Of a DNA stretch of 64,000 nt, positions 49,954 through 64,000 are shown piece by piece. How positions within the stretch are numbered: the first letter of the stretch is position 1; the number at the start of each line of letters is the position of its first letter. Both the position numbers and the translations under genes were made by a program. A model generated the notes under the pieces. The model was not told the DNA's origin, made no database searches, and was given only the letters and a program-made list of their open reading frames with translations. Origin of the DNA: Chrysomallon squamiferum (taxonomy: Eukaryota > Animalia > Mollusca); contig CM022677.1 in the NCBI GenBank assembly GCA_012295275.1, positions 13,702,001 to 13,766,000 on the forward strand, written 5' to 3'.

Positions 49954-52453
49954 CGTCAATGCGATCTAGCTTTCTATGACAACATGTTAGTTGACTGCCA
50001 TTGTAAACTAAAAGTGTAGCCAACATCCCAGTGTGGTCTATCTGAATATCTAGACGGAACTACTACTCACAACGAGGCCAGCCATGATGTAACAACAGCG
50101 AAGTGTTCCTGTGTATACAAAGATATTAGTTTCAGAACGCGATATGATTTCACCAGACAGAGCTTCACAAATCATACGTATTGTCTGTTTTTCTATTAAT
50201 TCATTTATTTATTGATTTATTTGTTTATTTATTATTTGTTTGTTTGGTGGGTTTTTTACAAGCCAATTTAACAAATATATATTTACATATTAAACAAAAC
50301 ATTTAAAAAAAATGTTTCGAAGGTTTTCGTTAAAACTACGTTCTCTTTCAGAACTGATTTACTTTTACCAAAAAGCTATAAATTGTCAGTTTGTGCTGAA
50401 TGAAGACACGCTTCAGGTTAACTGACATTTAAATCTGCACAAAAGTTGGACTAACCTAAACCTAACCAAAACCCTAACCAAAATGCTAACCATACTTCTG
50501 AAACTCCTCATATGATTTTCCAGGTCTTGCAGCTTTTTCAACTATTTAAATTAACCCTGGGCATAAACCTTACTCGAAACAGTGTGATAAAATTAAGGAT
50601 GTTTTGAAGTAAATCTAACCAAATAATTTCCTATCACTCATCTAACCTTAACAATGTTTCCAAATAAACTAAAGAAAACATATTTTGATAAATGTATATT
50701 AAATCACCTAACTTTAACCCACTGTGAAAGATTTACTAAAATAATAATTTTTTCTCTCTCACAATATTTAACTTTCAACATGTTTTATAATGTAATTAAC
50801 ATTTTGTATAAGCAGCAAAAATTTAAAAACTGGACTTCATTTGTGTCAGCAACTGAAGTTTCAATTAATTAATACTGAACCTCAGCTATTTTTCGTTTAT
50901 ATAAAAATATGTTCTCAAGCCAGATCAGTCAATGAATTCATCTTTACTCATTTCACTTCCATCATTAATTCCAGTATAGTCAACTTAATCAATAAATAAA
51001 GACGTATAGTCACAGTGAATATAGATTTCTATTGTACTGTCTTTGGTTGATGAAAATTTGGTAACGCTATATATTATGTCACCTATGCAAGAGGAGTGGA
51101 ACAAACGCTGTCAAACGGCCATTGGGAAACTCGAACGCAGTTTGCCTTGTCCACTGACTGAATGTCTTTCACATCGCGATAGTCACATTTCAAATTTCAA
51201 ATTTCTTCTCTCACCCCAGTCGTCCTTCAAGATCTCTGGAGTCGTAAAACCCACTGAGATACTGAGCTACCGGCTGTAATGTTTGACCAAGTAATTCGCT
51301 ATTCCCACATAACCATTCCCCGCAGGTAACAGTTTTAGCAATTGTAATTTCTTATTAGAGTTCCCTACTTTTTTTTAAGAGTACATGTTTTTCACACCAA
51401 TCCAGTTGTGAACTGAAGTGTCACATTTATTATGTAAATTTAGTTTTATTGTTATTGTTATATATTTATTATTGAGATTGTTGTTCTTATTCTTTTTTTT
51501 TTTTCTTGTTTGTTGTTTTTTTTTTTTAAATCTTTACTTTTATTATTCTACCGTTTGTAATGATAAAACGATTTACAGTTATAGTTAACTGTAGTCAACC
51601 TTTATTTCCTAAACTGAAAATTACTTTTGAGTACCTAACAACACCGCCAACAACAAACAACAACAACAACAACAGTATAGATAAAGAAAAAGTAACACTG
51701 ATAATAACAATAACAGAAAAATAAATAAGTTCAAAAAGCTATGACACAATAAAACAGCAACAACATTTAAAATAATAAATTTAATGATATGAAATCACAT
51801 CTCATATAAACTTTAAATATATGTGTGTGTCTGTGTGTGTGTTATAAGGTGGCCGTCGTTACCGTTGTACCGGCGTTGTTCCTAACGTTATTCCAGTACA
51901 CTTTATTATTCCTTTTGGTTTTTTATTCGTTAATATTGTTGCTTTCTTTCCATGTCCAATTTATACTAAAATATATTATTATTATCTCTGCTAATGCCGC
52001 CGTCGTTGCCGTCGTAACGTTCTCGTTATTATCTGCCCGAGACAGATGCACATTTACAACTTAGAGGAATCCGCGTGACAGTCAGTAATATAAAAATTAC
52101 GCTTTATTAATCTTGATTCAGTAGTCTCAATAAACAAAAGACATGAACTGATACATGGAATGTGTTTCTATTAGTTTGCTGCGTACATTTCAGTAAAAAA
52201 TTGCGTCATTTTTTCACATTCACAGTTTACAAAAGGCATTTTATTCACACATTCATATTCAGAAAATTCTAAAGTGGCTAATTTTACATTTTCACACAGA
52301 GAGAATTAAATGTATGTATTTACACTTGCAGAAAATTATAATACATATTTCATATTCTGAAGATTTTAGAAAATAAAACAAACGCATTTTTATATAAAAA
52401 AGTATATTTTGATATGATTAAATATTATAACAAAAAAATAAATAAATAAACAA

Positions 52454-52487
<34 letters not shown>

Positions 52488-52503
52488 GTAATAATAATAA
52501 TAA

Positions 52504-52538
<35 letters not shown>

Positions 52539-54135
52539 ACAAATAACAATAAGAGATAAGAATAGCAGTTGAAAACAACTGACTGGAGGTCAAAATTAAA
52601 ATATTTTTGAATCAAAACAACAAACAAACAAAAGGAAAGAAAAAATTTACACACAAAATAAAAATAAAATATCAATTCCGTTTACTTCAAATGGCCAAAG
52701 GAATATACAAATAAAAAAATAAATGAAAGGATAAAATAAATAAATAAACGTGCGAATTTAAATATGCTATTTAAGCTACTCATTTATTCATTCATTTATT
52801 AATCTGATTTTGTTTGTAAAAAAAAAAAGAACTATTGAAGTGAATTACGAACTTGCTAAATTTAACCTTGTGACGTAAGTTTGTGAAAGAAAACGACAGT
52901 TCTTCTGTAATACGTTATATGAAACAAAGCATGAAATAAATAAATAAATAAACATTTGTGACGTGTCCATGAATGCTGCAAGGTAATTTCGCACTATTTC
53001 GGCCTATGCTACGTAACCAAGCTCACTTATGTTCATGTTAAAACTCGAATGTGGACAATGAAAGAAACGTGACATTCACAGAAGTAATGTATTCAGTGTA
53101 ATAACAACGAAACATTTCATAGTAAACGAATGAATTTCTGATTGCTGCTGAACATTATTTCATTAACGTCGAACTCAACAAATTTTTAATCTGCAGTTAA
53201 ATGGCTTCATTCACTGATAAAGTAATCGAGAAGGATAAATGCGACAACACATCGCCAGACACTACTTTTCTCTGACCACTGAGCCACACCCTCCACTCTA
53301 ACACAAAACAGTTTTGTACAGAAATTTTATTATGAAAATAACCTAGATTACTGTTTTATTTTATAATATCTTACACTAACGAAATAACAAGAACAACAAC
53401 AAAAAATCATAAATAACAATAATACTACTAATAATAAAATAATAATAATAAATCTTCTTACCTTTGTCTTAAGAAATGAAAATTTTAACACCTGCAAACA
53501 ATTCTCTTCTATTCGTCTGCAATGTCAGTCTGCTGGCGAACAAGCCGGTTTTAACAGACGTCACTCGACGAGTGGAATATACCAATTTCAATAAAGGGGT
53601 GGTAGCTTAGAAATTTTCTAGAACACTTTTGTTTCTTCTGAGAAAAAAATAATCGTGAAAATTTTAAATGCTTCTGGTAAAGTAAACAGCAGTAAAAACA
53701 ACTACCTTAACATAGTTAGAGCAGCTCATTAATTTTTTAAAATGCATTTTACAGTCTATCACACTTGTGGTAATAATAGACTCAGCAACTGGTTTGTAGA
53801 AGGTCGGAGAAAGATAATACTAGTACCCGCCAAAATTTTATCTTGTTTAAACTTGAATTCAGGAGATGATATAATGCAGACGTTCACAAGAAAAAAGAAT
53901 GCAAGTATAGGCATTCCTCATTCAGGTCCTATGACAACGTCATTAAAGGAATTGGTCAATAAGCGAGAAGCCACCCCTTAGGTACAATGTATTGGTAGCT
54001 GTCTTTAGATGTTGTTTTAATGTCACCTTTGTAGCATTTATAAAGTTGTGAAATATTTTTATTTGTTTACACAGTATCACGGTGACGAGTCAGAATATCT
54101 AAAATTTGGCTCGAAAGGCAAGCAGACTATAATAG

Positions 54136-54191
<56 letters not shown>

Positions 54192-54371
54192 AGAATAAAC
54201 TGCTACTACTAATAAAATGAAATAAAAAATAAGTTTGAAAAATAACGTAAAATAAGAATGAAAAAGAAAAGAAAGTAGGTAATGGATATAATGTAAATTA
54301 AGATAAACAGAAACTGTAAATGTGTAAATGTTATTATTCTCTGTGGTGTAATTTATTTCCCAGTCTAAAAC

Positions 54372-54421
<50 letters not shown>

Positions 54422-56183
54422 AAAACTTATATTTCCAACTCTGTTTTTCGACAGCATTTCGGGATGGTAACATTTATAAATAGTTTTACCGAATTTGATG
54501 TGTGCATGTGTGTTTGTATGTATATATATATATATATATATATATACATACATGTATATAGATATATAGATAGAAATATAGATAGATAGACAGATAGATA
54601 GATAGATGCACACACACATATACATTTTTTCCTAAATATAACATGTATGAGAGCGGGACAGGAAAGTAAAGGTCAAAGTGACATAATGAAATCTTAGACT
54701 TTCGTTCAGCTATGAATGAGAATAGTATCTCTGAATAAAACCGTCACAGTTTTTTATCTTGTCGTCTAGTGAAGCCAGCTTTACAGCTTTTTAGAGAACA
54801 GAGAAAGATAATACACTTGTATAGTTATATACAGACGATTATCGATCCTGTTTATAAGATATATCAATAATCAATAGAATAAAAAACAGAACACAAAGAT
54901 AATCTATGCTTTTAGTCACGTATGAATAATAATAATAATAATAGTAATAATAATAATAGTAATAATAATAATAATAACATATACATACATATATATATAT
55001 ATATTTAACTAGTTAACTAAATGTATTATTATAGCATGTATTTCATTAATTGACTAAGCTGAACATACTGTTTGTTTTGAGAGAGAGAGGTTCTACACAT
55101 ACGTGTGTGTGTTTGTGTGAGTGTGTGTATGTGTGTGGGTGTGTTTATGTGTGTAACAAATCTCATTGAGTAAAATTAGTATTTTCTGTTAGTGTAATTA
55201 AAGTGATTTCCCGTTATTAATTATATGAAATATGGTGATAATGTGCAGCTAATTCTACAGCTTTGTCAATAAATTTATTTACGGTTTGTTGAAACCTAAT
55301 TTAAGAAACGGAATCAGTCAACTGAAACCTAATTAGAGCAGAATAAGTATTTTGCTATACGTTTTAAGTGGTGTGTGTGTATGTATGTTTGAGTGTGTGT
55401 ATGTATGTTTGTTTGTGTGTATGTATGTATGTTTGAGTGTGTGTATGTGTGTTTGTGTGTTTGTATGTATTTTTGTTTGTGTGCGTGTATGTATGTTTGT
55501 TTGTGTGTATGTATGTATGTTTCAGTGTATGTGTGTGTCGTGTGTGTGTGTTTGTGTGTGTGCCCTTTAATGACACAGATTACGCTGCAAAATGACCCTA
55601 CCAAAACAAGTGAGAAAAATATGTTAGCTAACCGCTGTCAAACGCTAATCAAAGCAAACTGAAAATTTCAACCTCCATTTCACAAAAGGGTCCGCCGGAC
55701 TGTGCAAAGATTACTAATTATTAAATTACTGAAGATCTCAGTGAAAACATCGAATTCAAAGAGCAAGAGAACCAGCGTAGACAGACACATTTTAAAACTT
55801 TGTTTGTTACACAAAACTCGCCATAGCTAATTATCTTAACTCTAAAATTTAAAAATAGCTGTTATAGTTCATCATCGCGTATTTTCCTGTAAAAGGGTAT
55901 TATGGATGTTAAAGAGAAATTTAATTATTTAGTTACATCGACAGTTTATTTATTTATTATGATTACTAATATACATATATAGTTTTTTCTACTTTTGTAG
56001 TTGCTGTATAGTTTCTCTGTTTCACATATAGACTGTACAAACTATACAGAGTTTCCGAACGTCTGTCCGACGTCGTTCTGTTCCGTATTTCCGAAGTGTT
56101 TATGTTTTACACTAATGTGATAAAGAGTTCTGTGAATTTTTTAAGAGAGCCTCATTTCAAATATGTGAAATGTCTTAAAATAA

Positions 56184-56214
<31 letters not shown>

Positions 56215-56237
56215 TTGATAAAACGATGATAATAATA

Positions 56238-56272
<35 letters not shown>

Positions 56273-58696
56273 GCACAGTGAAAGTGAGACTAACGATTAA
56301 TATAAACAACAACACGATAAGCAGAAGCACACGTTAGGAACAGCGCCATTACTACGGCCACGTCGTCGACATTAATATTAATAATACTGAGGAAATAAGA
56401 AAGTAGGAATAATGATTAATAAAAAACCGCTAAAGAATAATAAGAAGAAAAACACGAACAACATTAGGAGCAACGCCGTTACCAGTCAGCGACATTAATA
56501 GTAATAATAATAAAAACTTTAACATATGATTGGACACTGAAAGTGAGACAGTTAATAGAAAGCGCAACACAATAAGTAGAAGTACACCAATAACATCAGG
56601 GAGAATGCTGATACAGCAGCGATGTCAATAGAAATATGTAAACGATGTTAATTCTAATACGGATATATATTTATATGTAGTAATATATTTTCAAATAGGA
56701 TGTACACACTAAGAAAGCAAGAAAAATTGTTAATAAAACGTGAAAAATAATAAGTAAACGAATAACGTTAGGAACAACGTCAGTACATACGCACATACGC
56801 ACATACACACACGTACCTACCTATCTACCTACCTACCTACAGACATACGTACACACATACGTACACACATACATACATAATGCTGTAGGAATTACACAAG
56901 CAACATCCAAATTATGTGTCATTTGTTTCTGTGTATGTTTGTATGTATCATGTGTCATTTGTTTCTTTTTATGTGTTGTATTTATCATGTGTCATTTGTT
57001 TCTTTTTATGTGTTGTATTTATCATGTGTCATTTGTTTCTCTTTATGTGTTGTATTTATCATGTGTCATTTGTTTCTTTTTATGTGTTGTATTTATCATG
57101 TGTCATTTGTTTCTTTTTGTGTGTTGTATTTATCATGTGTCATGTGTTTCTTTATATGTGTTGTATTTATTATGTGTCATCTGTTTTTGTGTATTTATTG
57201 TATTTGATCATGTGTCATGTGTTTCTGTGTCTGTGTTGTATTTGATCATGTGTCATATGTTTGTGGGTATTCTCCACATATATGCATTCCTTATGTTCAA
57301 AAGAGGTTATTTATAAAAAATATTGATCTCATACATGTCTATGGATCGATAATTGTTTGTTTGCAACTGTAGCTATGTGCCACAGGAGAGCAAAAACAAA
57401 TCCGTGAAAGGTTTTATAAACAGTTATGAAAATAAGCACTACAAAATAATCGACACGAAAAGGGTGCATATCGGGTTTCGAAATTTCTCTTGGCAATACA
57501 AAAGAACACCTGTGGGTTTATTGTTGATTATTTTTTGCAGGTATAGAATTTGAATGTGTATTGGTGAATAGTAAAATCTGGAGTCCTTTCAAGCAAACCA
57601 GTTTCTGTTGTTCAGTTTGGTGAATTATATCTGCCAGTCAGATTAGATTGAAAAGCTTTTTTTTCTTTTCTTTACGTTTTTTTTTTTTTTGTTGTTGTTG
57701 ATTATAAGACTAGAATAGAAGTTTGATAATTTTAAACATTACTATCTACATAATTTTTTAATTTTATAGGCAAATAGTAGGTTATTAGATATAGGAGAAA
57801 TAGTGATAGTAATAGCAGTAGTAACAGTAGCAAAATTTCATATTAGTCATTAAAGTACGAGTGGTATAGTACGAGTGTAGTGTTAAGTAACAGAAGTATT
57901 GATAGAAATCTAATATAGTAATAATTAAATTATTATAAGTATCATAAAATTAGTGATACTCATGTATGATGGTATCTGTGAAAATTTTTATCAACGTCCT
58001 CTCTTTATCAACAGTAGAACAACAATAATAACAGTAATAACACCTAAATATCGCGCCTTATCACTTCTTTGTTTATTTATTTATTTATGTAAAACCGGAA
58101 GCTTCCTATATATGTTTGACGCTATATTCGTAGTTTCATAAGAAGAGTCCTGAGAGCGGATATAAAAATTACTTCTAGTGTTTTACTGGCCGCGTAATGT
58201 TGTCAGATTTATTTCTGATATGTAATTTCTTCTTTTTATTTTTATTTAAAACAAAATAATAATAATAATTAAAAAAGTATATAATAATGATAATAATAAA
58301 CTGGGAAATTTTATAGAATCAGTTATTTTTAACTAAAGAATACCACTATCTGCACTGATAATTTTACCATCGATAACAAAATAACATTTTATAACCTCTG
58401 CATTATTTATATCGGATATTAAAATTACATTAATTATAGATTACCGCTTATATTATCGAATAAATATGGAATTTCATTCGAGATTAAATTCCTTTATCTC
58501 AGTGTTTAATATATATATAAAGACATTCTTACTGATATATGAGCAACATGTAGGGCGCCTGTAAGCTACATTCTAATCATTACATAATATTTGTCACGTA
58601 TAAAACGAAACCAGTAGTGTTAGTCAGTTATTCATTATTCATAATTACTTTTCTAAACTGCAAATACAGGAACTCAGTTGATGCAGGAAGTCTCTC

Positions 58697-58779
<83 letters not shown>

Positions 58780-59315
58780 AATATATTTTTTTTCTAAATA
58801 AATAAATAAACAAAAACATTTGCAGTAGTATTGAATTAAATAGCATTAATTAATATTATAATTGTTGTAATAGAAATAACAGTATAGCCATAAAAATAAT
58901 TAAATAATTATGTAAACGGTAATATTTTAGTTTTGTCAGAAAACTTTCGAAAACTTTTACATTCAGATGGATAATAGTAGTAGAAAGGTGTTGTGAAGTT
59001 ACTTTTATGACTATTTTATTATTTACTAATTTAAAAAAATGGTCAAGCCATTTAACATTGTAATGTTTTCAGTATTGCTATTGGATGTCTGTCTATGTGT
59101 CTGTGTATTCAACTATCTTTCTCAATTTTATTGCTCACCATTAATTTTTACAAATCTCAGTACCGGCCCTGTCACCCTCCTCTTAGATTATGTGAATCAG
59201 TCCCTTGTTTAAACTAACTTGAACGTGCAGTAAACAAAAGAAAAAACGTAAACTGTAATTAAAACACGTGACCAAGATTTCCAGTGAGGTATCAAATTTA
59301 AGTCACGTTTTTCTT
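46787..59315 (-). repeat. Right arm of the inverted duplication (possible uncollapsed haplotig)
   Basis: Starts exactly at the gap edge. Colinear with 29394-42616, with SNPs, indels and repeat-length differences. Confidence 0.95.
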
Positions 59316-59929
59316 ACAGCAATAATAATAATAATAATAATAACAACAACAACAACAACAACAGTAGCAGCGACAAGGACAATATGATTAATAACAACAA
59401 CCACAACAACAACAATAATAATAATAAAAGTAATAGTAAAAGTAATAATAACAACAATAAAGAAATAATAACGATAACTGTTTTAACAGTAACAGCAAAG
59501 ACACAAAAACAACATCAGTGATAACAACGCTTTCAGTTGTGTTGTGACAGTGTTAGTTTTGACTCTCTTTTCATGTTTATTTTCAGCATTTTTTAATTTT
59601 AATTTTTTTCTTTCTCTGGTTCTCTCGTTAGTTCCGTCGTCATTTTGTTCGTTCGTTTTGCTCATTTTTATTTAATTTTATTTATTTATTTATTTACCAT
59701 TATATCTCTCTACTTATCAGTTACGAAGTTAGAAAACTGCAATTAAACTGAACAAAAAAATAAATAAATAATAAATAGAATGATATAACTGCTGCCTTTA
59801 ATTTAAATGAATGGGGGGGGGGGGAACATTGTAAGACCTTAAACAATTGCTAGAGAAGTTAGCGAAACTGGTCGTGTGGTTTTTTTCTGTATTGGTTTGA
59901 TGTTTTTCGTTTTGCAATTTTTATTATTT

Positions 59930-60975
59930 GTTTTATGATCCTGATGAGTTTGTCCGCCAGAGTTACCATGTTGTAAATGTTAACATTGCTGTATCAGGAA
60001 TTACCTAATATTAAAGCTCTTGAATTGGAAACATCGTCTTGTTTGTTTATTCCTTACATATTACGCATATATTATACAAACATACAGCTATCTAAGAGAA
60101 CCGCTTGCTTCCCCTCCCCATTGCATTTAGTATTAGAAGTGGGATTATAAGGCAATTAGGATTTGATATTTGGAAACAGCTGAAAGACAACTAATACCCT
60201 CACCTAACATACAGAAGATGTGATGTTGATGATTAGGCGAGACTACATGCTTTACGACACGAGATACCTGATGTGCATGATTCTAAAGTTATCCAAGAAC
60301 ATTTAAACGTTTTTTTCACATGAATACTGATACTAATAATAACGACATATTTATGTAATTTGTATGTTAGTATTGACGTTAATACTAAGTTCAGTATGTG
60401 GATGTTGTACAAATTTGTTCCGGTCTACCTGTAATTTGGATTATTAAAATATATTTTATTTTTGTAGCATATTCCCTTGAATATTAATTCATAAGTTAAT
60501 AGGGTGCATGGAGCTTTTGGAGAAACGAACAAGCAAAGGAACTATGAACATGTTCATTTCAGATAAGTTAACGACAAGTCAAATTTTCTTTTCTTCTATA
60601 GTCATTGAAGTGCAGTACGATGGACTTTTGCGCTTTTTATAAATCTTTAATTCCATTTTTAAGTAACGTATTTCTACGTTTAAACTCTTTATTTTCCAAA
60701 CAGCGTTCTCTTTTTGTGGCGTGTCCATAACGTCTTCATACTTTAACGCAATAAATACAGTTTTATTTTGCCAGTAATTTAGTTGTTGACTCTTTTTTTT
60801 AGCAGAAACTTTGCTCATCTAATAATGTTTCTTGACCTCAGTGACATTTTCACGTGATTGGACAGTGCAGAAATTGACGCGTTTAAACAATTTGACATGT
60901 GTTGCTGGGGCGTTGAATGCTTGCCAACATGATTAGTTGATTGCTTATTGTGCAACATTATTGAGCAACAGGCTT
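59930..60975. mobile_element. Decayed PIF/Harbinger element (transposase remnant on +, MADF/Myb-like ORF on -)
   Basis: Plus strand 60120-60191 reads IAFSIRSGIIRQLGFDIWKQLKDN and 60282-60323 reads SKVIQEHLNVFFT*, both Harbinger-transposase-like. Minus strand 60818-60579 reads LNYWQNKTVFIALKYEDVMDTPQKENAVWKI (MADF-like). gttgc/gcaaca repeats lie near 60900-60970. TIRs and TSD were not resolved. Confidence 0.55.
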
Positions 60976-61296
60976 TTATTAATTGAATTTTAGTAATGTA
61001 GTATTCAAGTAAACATTTAGAAGCTTGTTACTGTCTATATAACAGCTTAGTTAGAAAACTGTTTTATAAATTATGTCCAATTATTTAGTTTTTCCTAAAC
61101 GTAAGTATTTATGCCATAAAAATACAAACTTTCAAAAGTATGTTATAATATAAAAAAAAGTAAATAAAAAATAAATAAAATAAAATAAGATTAAAAAAAA
61201 TAAAATAAAAGACATGCTAGTATAATGTTTCACTTCCTATTGGTTTGTTTTGTATTTTTGTATATTATTATTATCGTCTCTCTCTCTCTCTGTCTT

Positions 61297-61380
<84 letters not shown>

Positions 61381-62599
61381 CTATACAAAACAAAGAAAAA
61401 TACAAAACTCAGAATTATAAAAAAAAAAATAATAATAATAATCATAATAATCTTAGTTTGACCAACTAAGTTGTTACACTGTAACGATGAGGTAGTAACA
61501 TCCCCATCTTACCAGACGTTATACAAAGTGTTCCTTACTGTTCATTCGGTAGCCGAGTACGTTATTTTGTTTCTGACAAATAATTATTCAGCTATTTCTA
61601 ATATTACTTAAACAATTCAGAAATTAAAGCTTGACCAACTTATTTATCATTATTACTATGACCGTTGCTGTTGTTGTTACGAGAGGCTGAGAAATACAGT
61701 TAAGGTTATAACCGTCTCATTATTTTAAAGTGTGTATACAACCACAACAGTAAAATTATTTGTACTTGCAAGTTATTATTTTAGTTGTTGTTGTTGCTGT
61801 TGTTCTAGCAGTACGATAAGAAGCTTTATTATGATTGCAGTCGGAACTATAGAAAAATGGAGACTCATGTGCAGTTTAGAAATTGCTGGGTATTACTCTT
61901 TTTTCTTCTTCTTTTTTTCGGATATATATTATTTCGTTATGAATTAGGAGTTCATTAGAAATGGTAGAATTATCAAATTAATTAATTAAATAAAAATTTC
62001 TTAACAGATAAAAAAATATAAGAAAAAGAATAATAACAACAACAACAACCACAATAATAACTAGATAATTTTAACAACACCAAACAAATTACATAATAAT
62101 TGTGACACATCAGTTAACAGCTGGATTGGTGTGAAAAACATATACTCTTCATAAAAAGTAGGGAACTCTAATAAGAAATTACAATTGCAAAAACAATTGT
62201 AAGGTATATTAGCTGCGGGAAATAACAGCGAATTACTTGGTCAAACTTTACAACTGGTAGTTCAGTAGTTCAGTGGGTTTTAAAACCTCCAAGGACGACT
62301 GGGGTCAGAGAAGAAAATTTGAAATTTAAAATTTTATACGATGTGTAAGACATTCATTCAGTGGACAAGGCAAACTGCGTACAAGTCTCCCAGTGGTCAT
62401 TTGACAGCGTTTGTTCCACTCCTCTTGCCTCGGTAGTACTTCCCAGAGATGACCCTTCTTTGTACAATATGGATTGGGTGTACTGACAGTTACAGATACA
62501 CCTCCCCATACGATAACCCATCCACGGCTAAATCTATCATTAATCGAATTTTGGGATTTGCGTGCCTTTCATTTCGACCGTGCATGAGACTTTGGAAAA

Positions 62600-63269
62600 A
62601 TGTATGTTGTGAAGACCGTGCTACTTTCAGCGTTCTGTAGATTATGTCTTGGCAACATTCACCCATTACCAGGTTCGAGATGAACACCGAATTCATTTTC
62701 GATCAAACGCTTTGTCAAAGAAGGTAGTGTCTTTAACAGGCTACGAAACCATTAATTTTTACTTCTGTCTGAAGAAAACAAGCACGGTACAAATCTCCAG
62801 TTTGCGATACTCCAATGGCAACGATCCCGAAGTCATCACAGCAGTTTTAAACCACAACAAATTGGGATACATTGTCACCATTTCACCAGATAACTGGAAT
62901 GCCTTTCATTTCAGTACCGAGATGAAAGGATCAGTAATTCTGGAAAGAGGTTGGTATATTTTAAAGCTCCAGGTTCACGGATCTGATGGAGTGGAACTGG
63001 ACACAGTCAGTCTAGATATTGATGACAGCAGTCTCGCGCAGGACATGCTGCAGTGTAAACTTCACTGTACGAGTGATCTGCCCCGTCTGAACTCTTCGCC
63101 TCGAATTAATGTTCACAAAAAAGCTAAACTTAGACAGAAAAGTTACCCATTTAAATGTGCTGAAGAAGACAACGTGAAAATACCAGTATATCCCGACAGC
63201 GTAAAACAGTATAAACTAATAGCTACTCTACCAGTGTGTAAAGCTGACATCGAAAATAGCCGTAACTGA
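62600..63269 (+). pseudogene. CBM6/CBM35-like (galactose-binding jelly-roll) domain protein, probably secreted and probably disabled
   Basis: ORF 62649-63269 contains RSNALSKKVVSL..FCL..RYSNGNDPEVITAVLNHNKLG..WNAF..VILERGWYILKLQVHGSDGVELDTVSL. Either an ATG at 62600 (MYVVKTVLLSAF) joins it through a 1-nt frameshift, or ttctgtag at 62640 is an acceptor. Confidence 0.55.
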
Positions 63270-63341
63270 TCTGTTTTGTCACGGCCAAAGTTCTCTCAGC
63301 TTTATTACCTGGAGATAAACATTTTTACTGTATATATATTT

Positions 63342-63655
<314 letters not shown>

Positions 63656-63693
63656 AATGCAATTTTTATAAAACAAAATGTAGTTCTTACCAG

Positions 63694-63842
63694 GCTGGAT
63701 ATTTTCTAACAAAGAGATGACAATGAGGCTGTGTTACTGTGGAAACCAGGTTTCAGTTCTACGAGACAAACACACAAATGCGTGGTCTAATATACCCGCT
63801 TGAAGAGAACTTTGACCATCTCGTAATGGAGATAAAACTCAG
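63694..63842 (+). pseudogene. Possible downstream exon of the CBM-like gene, with two in-frame TGA
   Basis: Bounded by ttcttaccag and gtgagg. Frame reads AGYFLTKR*Q*GCVTVETRFQFYETNTQMRGLIYPLEENFDHLVMEIKL. Confidence 0.35.
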
Positions 63843-64000
63843 GTGAGGTATGACATTTTCAAACCATTGTCTTATTTAGTAAACTGATAATTATTTACGT
63901 CAAATAAGAAAGATTACTAATCAACAATACACAATTATCTTTTCTCTTTAATATGAAATACAGCATCGAGGTCCGAGCTTGTTTAAATAATGGGTGGGGT

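Noticed and set aside
63718-63726. Two in-frame TGA codons as selenocysteine
   Set aside because: No SECIS is identifiable in the window and there is no redox motif. CGA>TGA decay is simpler.

Overview
AT-rich, microsatellite-rich eukaryotic scaffold with GT-AG introns and two 200-N gaps (13769-13968, 46587-46786). Gene content suggests a mollusc, probably a gastropod (inference). The clearest gene is a spliced TRIM-like RING E3 ligase on + (putative 5'UTR exon ending 41240; RING exon 42418-42705; coiled-coil and beta-propeller exon 42978-44325). It has no visible B-box, and its frame is broken by an (ACAG)3 microsatellite exactly between the coiled coil and the propeller. About 13 kb upstream of and including the RING start (29394-42616) recurs inverted right after the second gap (46787-59315); this is either an uncollapsed haplotig or a real segmental duplication. 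The TRIM promoter/first-exon module is itself serially duplicated. Other elements are a decayed multi-exon gene with death-domain/CARD-like remnants (18616-25267), the last two exons of an upstream gene (271-1307), and a probably pseudogenised CBM6/CBM35-like gene (62600-63842). There are also remnants of hAT (two), Tc1/mariner, MULE and PIF/Harbinger DNA transposons, a two-monomer satellite and two 37-bp minisatellite families. Most ORFs in the supplied track are microsatellite artefacts. All family assignments are by-eye motif recognition; no searches were run.
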